A stretch of DNA of 64,000 nt from Burkholderiales bacterium (GTDB lineage Bacteria > Pseudomonadota > Gammaproteobacteria > Burkholderiales > JAHFRG01), in the NCBI GenBank assembly GCA_035518095.1, contig DATIXX010000020.1:697-64696 (forward strand), written 5' to 3'. The translations under genes were made by a program, and so were the position numbers. The notes beneath the pieces were generated by a model. It made no database searches. It saw nothing but the letters and a program-made list of their open reading frames with translations, and was not told the origin of the DNA. Shown piece after piece: positions 47,645 through 55,707 of this stretch (positions are counted from its first letter, which is position 1; each line of letters starts with the position of its first letter).

Positions 47645-48979
47645 ATGAAGGTCCACTCGAACCCTGAATCATCCCCGCACCGCATCGTGATTGTCGGTGG
47701 CGGCGCGGGCGGACTGGAACTCGCCACAGAGCTCGGCGATTCGCTGGGTAAAAAACTCCGCGCCCAGATCACGCTCATTGACAAAATGCGCACGCATTTG
47801 TGGAAGCCCTTGCTTCACGAAGTGGCGGCGGGCAGCATGGACCTCGATACCAATAAACTCGAGTATCTGGCGCAGGCACACTGGCATAATTTCCAGTTTC
47901 GTCTCGGAAGCATGGATGGGATAAGCCGCGCGCAACGGCAGGTCTTTGTCGCGCCCACTTTTGATGACCAGGGCGAGGAGCTTATTCCGCGACATGTCAT
48001 TGCGTATGACACGCTGGTGATCGCGGTGGGGAGCACCACCAATGACTACGGCACGCCGGGAGCGGCACAATACGCAATCGCATTGGATACGCCGGAGCAG
48101 GCCGAGCACTTCCGCCGGCGGCTGATCAATGCTTGCATCCGTGCCAACTTTCAGACTGTGCCGCTGCGCCCGGAGCAATTGCAAGTAGCGATTATCGGTG
48201 GCGGCGCCACGGGAGTGGAACTTGCCGCTCATTTACATAACACCACCCGCGAACTGATCGCTTACGGACTGGATAGAATAAACCCGGAAAAAGATATCAA
48301 GGTTTCCATCATCGAGGCTGCGGAGCGCATATTGCCGATGTTGCCCGAGCGCTTGTCAAAAGCAGCGGAACATCAGCTTAAGCCCCTCGGCGTACACGTC
48401 TATGCGGGCGAGCGGGTGACTCAGGTTTCGGCAAACGCGGTGCAAACGCAAAACGGCAGGACGATTCCGGCAGAACTCATCGTTTGGGCGGCTGGCATTA
48501 AGGCGCCGGATTTCCTGAGAAACCTGGACGGGTTGGAAACGAACAGGTTAAACCAATTGATGGTGCGGCCCACGCTGCAGACCACGCGCGACGCAAATAT
48601 TTTTGCCTTCGGAGATTGCGCTTCGTGCCCGTGGCCTGAAAGGAACAGCAGCGTGCCGCCACGCGCTCAAGCCGCGCACCAGCAGGCTTCATTTCTGGTG
48701 AAGGCCATCAAATACCGATTGCGTGGGCACAGCTTGCCTGCCTACCGCTATCGAGATTTTGGTTCGCTGGTATCGCTGGGAAAATACAGCACCATCGGCA
48801 GTTTGATGGGCGCGCTTACCGGCGGTACTCTTTTTCTCGAAGGTTATTTCGCGCGGCTGATGTATGTCTCGCTCTACAAGATGCATCTTTACGAGCTGCA
48901 CGGCTTTTGGAAGGTTTTTTTGGATACGTTGGCGCGGCTGATTACGCGGCGCACTGAGCCGCCGGTCAAGCTGCATTAA
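47645..48979 (+). CDS. ndh: Type II NADH dehydrogenase (NDH-2)
   Basis: HRIVIVGGGAGGLELA and VAIIGGGATGVELA form two dinucleotide folds, and FAFGDCAS is present. Confidence 0.85.
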   Translation: MKVHSNPESSPHRIVIVGGGAGGLELATELGDSLGKKLRAQITLIDKMRTHLWKPLLHEVAAGSMDLDTNKLEYLAQAHWHNFQFRLGSMDGISRAQRQVFVAPTFDDQGEELIPRHVIAYDTLVIAVGSTTNDYGTPGAAQYAIALDTPEQAEHFRRRLINACIRANFQTVPLRPEQLQVAIIGGGATGVELAAHLHNTTRELIAYGLDRINPEKDIKVSIIEAAERILPMLPERLSKAAEHQLKPLGVHVYAGERVTQVSANAVQTQNGRTIPAELIVWAAGIKAPDFLRNLDGLETNRLNQLMVRPTLQTTRDANIFAFGDCASCPWPERNSSVPPRAQAAHQQASFLVKAIKYRLRGHSLPAYRYRDFGSLVSLGKYSTIGSLMGALTGGTLFLEGYFARLMYVSLYKMHLYELHGFWKVFLDTLARLITRRTEPPVKLH

Positions 48980-49044
48980 TCTTCAGAAAATCGCCCGGCG
49001 CGGTTACGCGCATGCAAGTCGGCGAATTGAGCCACAGTGAACCA

Positions 49045-49428
49045 CTACTCGTCGTACTTGACATACTTAAACCGCTGATCCTCATTCGGCGTACCTTCCA
49101 GAGCGCCACCCTCCTTGCCGGGTTGCCACTGGATCACGCTTTCGATTTTCTTGGCGAGTTCGAAATCCTTATCGGTGATACCTTTGGCTGCGTGATTCAT
49201 GAGCTTAACGATCACGAATGCGTAGGAAACCGTAAGGTCGGGGTGGTGCCACGCGGCCTCGGCGAGATGTCCAACGGTGTTTACCACCATGAGCGTGCCC
49301 TTCCAACTCCCGGTACGGTATTTCCTGCGGATCCATCCGTCCTCGTAATACCAGTGTGGCAGCTCCTTTTCCAGCCGTGCCTTGATTTCCGGCTCAGAAT
49401 ATACGCGGGTTTGCTTTTCTGCCTGCAT
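49045..49428 (-). CDS. phhB: Pterin-4a-carbinolamine dehydratase (PCD/DCoH)
   Basis: LPHWYYEDGWIRRKY and AAWHHPDL match the family. Confidence 0.85.
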   Translation of the reverse strand: MQAEKQTRVYSEPEIKARLEKELPHWYYEDGWIRRKYRTGSWKGTLMVVNTVGHLAEAAWHHPDLTVSYAFVIVKLMNHAAKGITDKDFELAKKIESVIQWQPGKEGGALEGTPNEDQRFKYVKYDE

Positions 49429-49525
49429 GTCAACCTCATGTCTAATTTAACATAAACCGGAAGTTCGCCTATTAATTATTTGCGCTATTCAAAATCCTTT
49501 AGCTGGATTTGCATCTAATGGCTTT

Positions 49526-49545
49526 TCATTTCTGACACAAGATGT
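49526..49545 (+). repeat. Direct repeat copy 1 upstream of xoxF (TTCATTTCTGACACAAGATG)
   Basis: It is 18/20 identical to 49566-49585, with a 40-nt start-to-start spacing. Confidence 0.6.
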
Positions 49546-49565
49546 TAACTAGTTTAATTGAAGGA

Positions 49566-49585
49566 TTCATTTATGACACAAAATG
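49566..49585 (+). repeat. Direct repeat copy 2 upstream of xoxF (TTCATTTATGACACAAAATG)
   Basis: It is 18/20 identical to 49526-49545. Confidence 0.6.
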
Positions 49586-49660
49586 CAAATTCATATTGAT
49601 CAATTAATATGTTGTAAATTAACAACAAAAACCGGTTCTGTTGTGCTCATAAATTGCAAT

Positions 49661-49688
49661 TTGATTCGGGCATATTCTGTGCTATAGT
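49661..49688 (+). promoter_or_regulatory. Sigma-70-like promoter candidate for xoxF
   Basis: TTGATT (49661-49666), a 16-nt spacer, then TATAGT (49683-49688). The predicted TSS is near 49695. Confidence 0.35.
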
Positions 49689-49692
49689 GCGT

Positions 49693-49770
49693 GAAGGTAA
49701 TGCACCTCGTTACCTTCCCCTAAAGTAAACTCTTGTGACGAACAATTTTTTGCTGTTCGTCATTTAGGGG
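49693..49770 (+). promoter_or_regulatory. Two adjacent stem-loops in the xoxF leader
   Basis: HP1 pairs GAAGGTAA (49693-49700) with TTACCTTC (49710-49717). HP2 pairs CCCCTAAA (49717-49724) with TTTAGGGG (49763-49770) and TGACGAACA (49736-49744) with TGTTCGTCA (49754-49762), with an 11-nt 5' bulge. Confidence 0.6.
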
Positions 49771-49825
49771 CCGTGGTGAAAAATAGTTTTTCTCTCTTAA
49801 AGATTCTTTGAAGGAGGAAGTTGAT

Positions 49826-51637
49826 ATGACGATTAAATCGCAATTGAAGCACCTGCCATGGGTGCTGGCTGCGCTGGCAATATCAGGTTTGGCGTTCGCC
49901 GGTTCCGATTCCGACTTGGAAAAGCTCATGAACAATCCCAGCAACTGGGCTCATCCAAGCGGCAATTTTTATCTTTGGCGGTATAGCAAACTGAACCAAA
50001 TCAACAAAGAAAACGTGGGCAGGATGAAAGTGGCTTGGACCTTCTCCACCGGGGTATTGCGTGGGCATGAAGGCGGGCCGCTGGTGATTGGCGACACGCT
50101 GTATATCCATTCGGCGTTTCCCAACAAAGTGTTTGCAATTAACCTGGCTGACCAAACCATCAAGTGGAAGTACGTGCCCACCCAAGATCCCAGCGTGATT
50201 CCCGTAATGTGTTGCGACACGGTAAATCGCGGCTTGGCCTATGGCGAAGGCAAGATCCTCCTGCAGCAAGCGGATACCACTTTGGTGGCGCTGGATGCTA
50301 ATAGTGGCGAAGTAGTCTGGTCAGTGAAGAACGGCAATCCCAAGATCGGCGAAACCAACACCAACGCGCCGTTTGTCATGAAAGACAAGGTGATGACCGG
50401 CATCAGCGGTGGTGAGTTTGGTGTGCTGGGCCGTGTTACTGCCTATAACCTCAGCGACGGCAAAAAGGTGTGGAGTTGCAATAGCTCGGGACCGGATGAC
50501 ACGATCTGCGTGGACCCGAACAATACCATGACCTGGACCGACGGCAAGATGGCGCCGGTTGGCCCCGATTCTTCGCTGAAGACCTGGCAAGGCGATCAGT
50601 GGAAAATCGGTGGCGGCACGACTTGGGGCTGGTATGGCTATGATCCTGCCTTGGGCCAGATGTTCTACGGTTCGGGCAACCCGAGCACTTGGAATCCGCA
50701 TCAACGTCCCGGTGACAACAAGTGGTCCATGACGATCTGGTCGCGCAATGTTGATACCGGAATGGCTAAGTGGGTCTACCAAATGACGCCGCACGACGAG
50801 TGGGATTACGACGGTATCAACGAGATGATCCTGGCTGACATCCCGGTGCATGGGAAACACACCAAGGCATTGGTGCACTTCGACCGCAACGGCTTCGGCT
50901 ACACGCTTGACCGCGTGACCGGTGCCCTGCTGGTGGCTCAAAAATATGACCCGGCGGTGAACTGGGCGACGCACGTTGACATGAAGACCGGCCGTCCGCA
51001 AGTGGTTGCGAAGTACAGCACGGATCAAAACGGTCCCGATGTCGACACCAAAGGCGTGTGCCCGGCGGCACTGGGCACTAAAGACGAGCAACCCGCTTCA
51101 TTCGACCCGCAAACCGGCCTGTTTTATGTGCCCACGAACCACGTGTGCATGAACTACGAGCCGTTCAAGGTTGAATATACCGCAGGCCAGCCGTATGTAG
51201 GGGCAACGCTGTCGATGTTCCCCGCACCCGGCGAACATGGCGATATGGGCAACTTCATCGCTTGGGATGCGGGTACGGGCAAGATCGTTCAATCCCACGG
51301 GGAGAGATTCTCGGTGTGGAGCGGCGTTCTGACCACCGCGGGTGGAATTGCCTGCTACGGCACGCTCGAGGGCTACCTGAAGTGCGTGGATGCTAGGAAC
51401 ATCAACAAAGAACTGTACAAGTTCAAAACTCCGTCCGGCATCATCGGCAACGTCAATACCTGGGAATATAAAGGCAAGCAGTACATCGGTGTGCTATCCG
51501 GCATCGGTGGCTGGGCCGGCATTGGTTTGGCGGCCGGTCTGACGAAAGACACTGACGGCCTCGGTGCCGTGGGTGGCTACAAGGATCTCTCCAGGTACAC
51601 AGATCTGGGCGGCACGCTGACCGTGTTCTCGCTATAG
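49826..51637 (+). CDS. xoxF: Lanthanide-type PQQ-dependent methanol dehydrogenase (XoxF)
   Basis: AAGGAGGA lies 8 nt upstream of the ATG at 49826. A signal peptide, the vicinal Cys pair (VMCCD) and W-D-Y-D-G (nt 50801-50815) are present; the D-Y-D signature marks XoxF, where MxaF has D-x-A. Confidence 0.95.
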   Translation: MTIKSQLKHLPWVLAALAISGLAFAGSDSDLEKLMNNPSNWAHPSGNFYLWRYSKLNQINKENVGRMKVAWTFSTGVLRGHEGGPLVIGDTLYIHSAFPNKVFAINLADQTIKWKYVPTQDPSVIPVMCCDTVNRGLAYGEGKILLQQADTTLVALDANSGEVVWSVKNGNPKIGETNTNAPFVMKDKVMTGISGGEFGVLGRVTAYNLSDGKKVWSCNSSGPDDTICVDPNNTMTWTDGKMAPVGPDSSLKTWQGDQWKIGGGTTWGWYGYDPALGQMFYGSGNPSTWNPHQRPGDNKWSMTIWSRNVDTGMAKWVYQMTPHDEWDYDGINEMILADIPVHGKHTKALVHFDRNGFGYTLDRVTGALLVAQKYDPAVNWATHVDMKTGRPQVVAKYSTDQNGPDVDTKGVCPAALGTKDEQPASFDPQTGLFYVPTNHVCMNYEPFKVEYTAGQPYVGATLSMFPAPGEHGDMGNFIAWDAGTGKIVQSHGERFSVWSGVLTTAGGIACYGTLEGYLKCVDARNINKELYKFKTPSGIIGNVNTWEYKGKQYIGVLSGIGGWAGIGLAAGLTKDTDGLGAVGGYKDLSRYTDLGGTLTVFSL

Positions 51638-51674
51638 AGAACGAGGTCGTTTGGCAATTTAGTTGAACCGAATA

Positions 51675-51712
51675 ACTGGCATCTTGACTAAAGTTGAGAT
51701 GCCAGTTTTTTT
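51675..51712 (+). terminator. Rho-independent terminator/attenuator between xoxF and xoxG
   Basis: A perfect 10-bp stem, ACTGGCATCT / AGATGCCAGT, with a 12-nt loop, followed by TTTTTT. Confidence 0.8.
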
Positions 51713-51748
51713 GTTGCCGCGCGATGCCCAACTGAAAAGGTATTTCGC

Positions 51749-52141
51749 ATGAAATTTAAAATTGTGCTTTTGGCGGCTCTTCTGCTGACAAGCGTTGTGG
51801 TCTTTGCAGATGACAAGCCGCTGTATACCGTAGCGGACGGCAATAAGGTTGACGCGAATACCCTCGCAGGGTGGAAAACTTGGCGCGCGATGGCATGCGA
51901 ACGCTGCCACGGCGCGCAGCAGCAAGGACTGGTCGGGCCGTCTTTGATCGAGGGGCTGAAGAAGCTTACCAAGGAACAATTCAAGGAAACGGTGTTGAAC
52001 GGCAGGCCCGGTACGGTGATGCCGCCATTCAAGGAATCCAAAATGGTTAACGACAACATCGACAATCTTTATGCGTATCTCAAAGGGCGTTCCGACGGTG
52101 CGATCAAGCCCGGTCATCTTCTTCCAATTGAAAGCAAATAG
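51749..52141 (+). CDS. xoxG: Periplasmic c-type cytochrome (XoxG-like electron acceptor)
   Basis: It has a signal peptide and a single CERCH haem-binding motif, and lies immediately downstream of xoxF. Confidence 0.8.
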   Translation: MKFKIVLLAALLLTSVVVFADDKPLYTVADGNKVDANTLAGWKTWRAMACERCHGAQQQGLVGPSLIEGLKKLTKEQFKETVLNGRPGTVMPPFKESKMVNDNIDNLYAYLKGRSDGAIKPGHLLPIESK

Positions 52142-52205
52142 CGATATCTGTGGCAGCATCGGTCTTTCTTCACGAAAAAGTGTATTATTCACAGAAGGCA
52201 AATTA

Positions 52206-53060
52206 ATGATTCGCATTCAAAACCTGCAGGTCTTAACATTCATATTGGCAAGCCTGGCTTGCATGATAAGCGCGCCGGCCTTCGCCGAACCACCGGGCGG
52301 TAAAGCTTTACGTGTCTGCGCAGACCCGAATAACTTGCCATTCTCCAACAGCAAACAGGAAGGTTTCGAAAACAAGATCGCGCAACTTTTCGCGAAACAA
52401 CTGGGCTTGCCGCTCGAATATACCTGGTATCCGCAGCGCTTCGGGTTTTTGCGCAACACCCTGAGGGCGCGCGTCGAGGACGGCAGTTTTAAATGCGACC
52501 TGATTATGGGCGTATCAGCCAATTATCCGGAGACAGCGACCTCCATGCCGTATTACCGGTCGACATATATGATGGTATATGTCAAAGGCAAGGGACTCGA
52601 CAGCGTGAAAACGCCCCAAGACCTGCTCAAGCTACCCAACCTCCGTTCGCTCAAATTCGGCGTGTTTGGCCGCACTCCGGCGGCGGATTGGGTGCTCAAG
52701 TACAACCTTATGGAGCAGGTAGTGCCTTACCAATTGCAGACCGGAGACATCGCGGATTACACGGGTAAGGTTATTTTTGACGACCTGCTGCCCGGCAAGG
52801 TCAACGTGCTGTTCATTTGGGGGCCGATAGCGGGTTACTTTGCCAAACAACATCCTGAGCTCGTCCTCGTTTCCATGCAGTCGGAAAATGGTCAAGTGTA
52901 CCAAGGCCGTAACGTCGCTTTTGACTACGCCATCGCCATGGGTATGCGCCAACCGGACAAGGAATGGAAAGAAGAAGTCAACAAGCTGATAGAAAAAAAT
53001 CGCGACCAGATTAATGCGATTCTCGACGAGTACGGTGTGCCTTTAGTCAAGGAGCAGTAA
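52206..53060 (+). CDS. xoxJ: MxaJ/XoxJ-family periplasmic binding protein
   Basis: The ATG at 52206 gives a signal peptide. LRVCADPNNLPFSN is typical of the MoxJ family. Confidence 0.85.
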   Translation: MIRIQNLQVLTFILASLACMISAPAFAEPPGGKALRVCADPNNLPFSNSKQEGFENKIAQLFAKQLGLPLEYTWYPQRFGFLRNTLRARVEDGSFKCDLIMGVSANYPETATSMPYYRSTYMMVYVKGKGLDSVKTPQDLLKLPNLRSLKFGVFGRTPAADWVLKYNLMEQVVPYQLQTGDIADYTGKVIFDDLLPGKVNVLFIWGPIAGYFAKQHPELVLVSMQSENGQVYQGRNVAFDYAIAMGMRQPDKEWKEEVNKLIEKNRDQINAILDEYGVPLVKEQ

Positions 53061-53077
53061 CGAGGCTAGCGCCCGAA

Positions 53078-54118
53078 ATGGCTGAAAAAAAATTCGCGAC
53101 CCTTGCCCTTTTTGCGCCATTGCTATTATTTCCGCTGCCTGGCGCCGCCGCGATGGATTTTGAGTTTTACGCCAAAATTGCCTCCACAGTAGTGAAAATC
53201 GAAGCAGCGAACCCCGATGGCAGCACTTCGGTTGGTTCTGCCGTAGTGGTCGGCCCGAACCGGTTGGTTACCAATTGTCATGTAACCCGGAACGCCACCA
53301 CAATCGCGGTGATTAAATCCGGACAGCGCTGGTCCGCGCAAAAACAGCTGAGCGATGTGCAGCATGATTTGTGTCTGCTTTATGTTCCGGGAGCCACGGT
53401 GCCGGTGGCCCGGTTTGCGAACGACGAGCTCAAAGTAGGACAGCTTGTGTACGCAATCGGTTACGTCAACGGACTGGGCCCGCGCATGACCAGCGGCCAG
53501 GTCCGGGCGCTGTATAACTATGACGGCGGCAAAGTCATACAAAGCACAACTCAATTCAGGTTTGGCGCCAGCGGCGGCGGACTGTTTGACGAGCAAGGCA
53601 GGCTGGTCGGGGTCGTGACCTTCATTTCGCGGCTCGATCAGAGCTACGATTTTTCGCTGCCGGTGAGCTGGGTAACGCACCGGATGGCGATGGACAAGTT
53701 GCAGAACGTGGCGCCGTTGCCCGAGGAATTTGCGTTCTGGCAACAACCGTATGAGCGCGAGCCGTTCTTTTTGCAGGCAGCGGCTCTGGAAGCAAGCAAA
53801 AAGTGGAACCAAATGCTGGAACTTGCGCAAAGATGGTCGGCCGCCGAGAGCGGCAACTCAAATTCCTGGCTGGCTTTAGGTAAAGCCCACCAGCAACTGC
53901 AGCAATATGACCAAGCCGTTGCAGCCTACCGCAAAGCCATCGCACTGGAGCGCGATTATCCGGAGGCCTGGTACAATCTCGGTTTGGTGTATCTCGACTT
54001 GGGAAAAGACCGCGAAGCCGAGGACGTGAGCAAAGTGCTGGGCGGCATGGACCAGGAGCTGGCGCAAGAGCTGTCAAAAGCACAGACTTTGCACCAGAAT
54101 TCCGATAGCGCAATGTAG
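53078..54118 (+). CDS. Secreted trypsin-like (S1) serine protease domain fused to TPR repeats
   Basis: It has a signal peptide and a His/Asp/Ser triad context (VTNCHV, HDLCLL, GASGGGLF). C-terminal TPRs are present (WLALGKAH..YDQAVAAYRKAI, AWYNLGLVYLDLG). Confidence 0.7.
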   Translation: MAEKKFATLALFAPLLLFPLPGAAAMDFEFYAKIASTVVKIEAANPDGSTSVGSAVVVGPNRLVTNCHVTRNATTIAVIKSGQRWSAQKQLSDVQHDLCLLYVPGATVPVARFANDELKVGQLVYAIGYVNGLGPRMTSGQVRALYNYDGGKVIQSTTQFRFGASGGGLFDEQGRLVGVVTFISRLDQSYDFSLPVSWVTHRMAMDKLQNVAPLPEEFAFWQQPYEREPFFLQAAALEASKKWNQMLELAQRWSAAESGNSNSWLALGKAHQQLQQYDQAVAAYRKAIALERDYPEAWYNLGLVYLDLGKDREAEDVSKVLGGMDQELAQELSKAQTLHQNSDSAM

Positions 54119-54160
54119 TTGCGCGCAAATTTTATTTTCAGTTGACGGGGGTAAGGCCTG

Positions 54161-54862
54161 ATGCAGGCAAGACATATTTTTACGGCAGGTGCAGTGATGT
54201 TTTTTTTATTTTCGCCGGCAGCCGCGTTTGCCGATGAGAAAATTTCGGAGGCGGAAATTCTGCTTTTTGAAACCAACCACTTGAAAACGATCACCAAGCC
54301 GGAAAAATTGCACTACATTTTTATTAGAAGCGGGACATTGGAGCCAAACTTCCACGATAACGTTGAAATCTCGATTGATAAGGTCATGCCGGATGGTGGT
54401 AAGACCGTGACGACTGAATTCTTGTCCGGGTCAAACAAAGTAAATTATCCACCCATGGAGGACGTGACGGGCAACCCGGTTTTATTGTGGTTTCTGGAAC
54501 GGGATATTCACGAAATGCAGCGCATCACCGGCGGCAAATCTCCGTTTTTCAGGCGTCGCATACGGCTTGCGCTGGCCGACCATGCCGAGGTGCATCCGGT
54601 TAAAATTGCCTATAACGGCAAGGAAATGGACGCGAAAGAAATCAAGATTTCGCCCTACGTCAATGACGAGGTGATGAAGGAGCGTGCCGCCACGCATATC
54701 GGCAAGTATTATCTTTTTGTTCTGTCCGAGGGGATTCCGGGCGAAATATACCAATTGCGCAGTGTGGATCCCGATAGCCGGGTGGACAAATCCGGCAAGG
54801 TATCGCCGCTGATAGAGGAAACCCTCACGTTCAGCCCGGACGAAAACCGGGCTGCGCAGTAA
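54161..54862 (+). CDS. Hypothetical secreted protein
   Basis: 233 aa with a signal peptide (FFLFSPAAAFA). No family was recognised. The gaps to its neighbours are 43 nt and 22 nt. Confidence 0.5.
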   Translation: MQARHIFTAGAVMFFLFSPAAAFADEKISEAEILLFETNHLKTITKPEKLHYIFIRSGTLEPNFHDNVEISIDKVMPDGGKTVTTEFLSGSNKVNYPPMEDVTGNPVLLWFLERDIHEMQRITGGKSPFFRRRIRLALADHAEVHPVKIAYNGKEMDAKEIKISPYVNDEVMKERAATHIGKYYLFVLSEGIPGEIYQLRSVDPDSRVDKSGKVSPLIEETLTFSPDENRAAQ

Positions 54863-54884
54863 ACCGCTTCTGAACGAGGTACAA

Positions 54885-55256
54885 GTGGCCATCATACAGC
54901 TTACCAAGGATAATTTTGAACAGACTATCGCCGCGAACTCGATGGTGATTGTGGATTTTTGGGCTCCATGGTGCGGACCGTGCCGCTCGTTCGCTCCGAT
55001 TTTCGATGCGGCTTCCCAGAAATATCCCGAGATCATATTTGCCAAAGTGAATACCGACGAGGAACAGGAGCTCGCGTCGAAATTTCAGATTCGATCGATT
55101 CCGACATTGATGATTCTGCGCGAACAGGTCATTTTGTTCTCGCAACCGGGCGCACTTCACGCTTCAGCGCTTGAAAACATCATCAAGCAGGCACAGGCGG
55201 TGGATATGGCGCGGGTGCACGAGGAAATCAAGAAGGAGCAGCCGGTTAGCCATTAG
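54885..55256 (+). CDS. Thioredoxin
   Basis: The WCGPC active site (DFWAPWCGPC) and IPTLMI are present. No signal peptide. The start is a GTG. Confidence 0.9.
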   Translation: MAIIQLTKDNFEQTIAANSMVIVDFWAPWCGPCRSFAPIFDAASQKYPEIIFAKVNTDEEQELASKFQIRSIPTLMILREQVILFSQPGALHASALENIIKQAQAVDMARVHEEIKKEQPVSH

Positions 55257-55352
55257 TTCTGGGTCCGGCGCTAGCCGGAAGGCTTTCCTTTACGGTGTCG
55301 CATCACGAACGCTTCGTATCAGTGCGTGAGCGTGACGCGTACTGAGTGATGT

Positions 55353-55367
55353 GCAAGCGCGTTGCCA
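55353..55367 (-). promoter_or_regulatory. Orphan sigma-54-like -24/-12 element (minus strand)
   Basis: The reverse complement reads TGGCAA-cgcgc-TTGCA. It is intergenic and points toward the 3' end of the thioredoxin gene. Confidence 0.3.
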
Positions 55368-55707
55368 ACGCCGTACCGCTTGCGGGTGCCACGGACATAC
55401 CCCGTTCATGGTGTACCGAATGCGCGCTGTAAAACGGCACAATTCCGGTTCGCATCAGGCGCGGATTACATCATTTCCAGTGTCTTACTAATTAACTATG
55501 TGCTTGCTTCGAACTCGGGCTTTACGCTCACAATCTCGCGCTTCTTGCTTCATGTTTCTCATCCGGGCTTGCAGGCAACAAAATCCAATGAGGAGGTTCG
55601 AAGCCCAATAGAATTGCGCTTGTCAATAAATTTGCGCACCATCAATATTCAGCCAAAGCACACAAGCTTGCATAGGATCGACTCGGTAAATATTGCGAGG
55701 TTTTGCC

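Noticed and set aside
49668-49684. A sigma-54-like sequence, gGGCAT-attct-GTGCT, upstream of xoxF. It was tempting because a bEBP is encoded about 5 kb away.
   Set aside because: It mismatches the consensus at three conserved positions. It overlaps a better sigma-70-type pair, TTGATT-N16-TATAGT (49661-49688). It cannot be distinguished without TSS or rpoN data, so I kept only the sigma-70 candidate as a feature.
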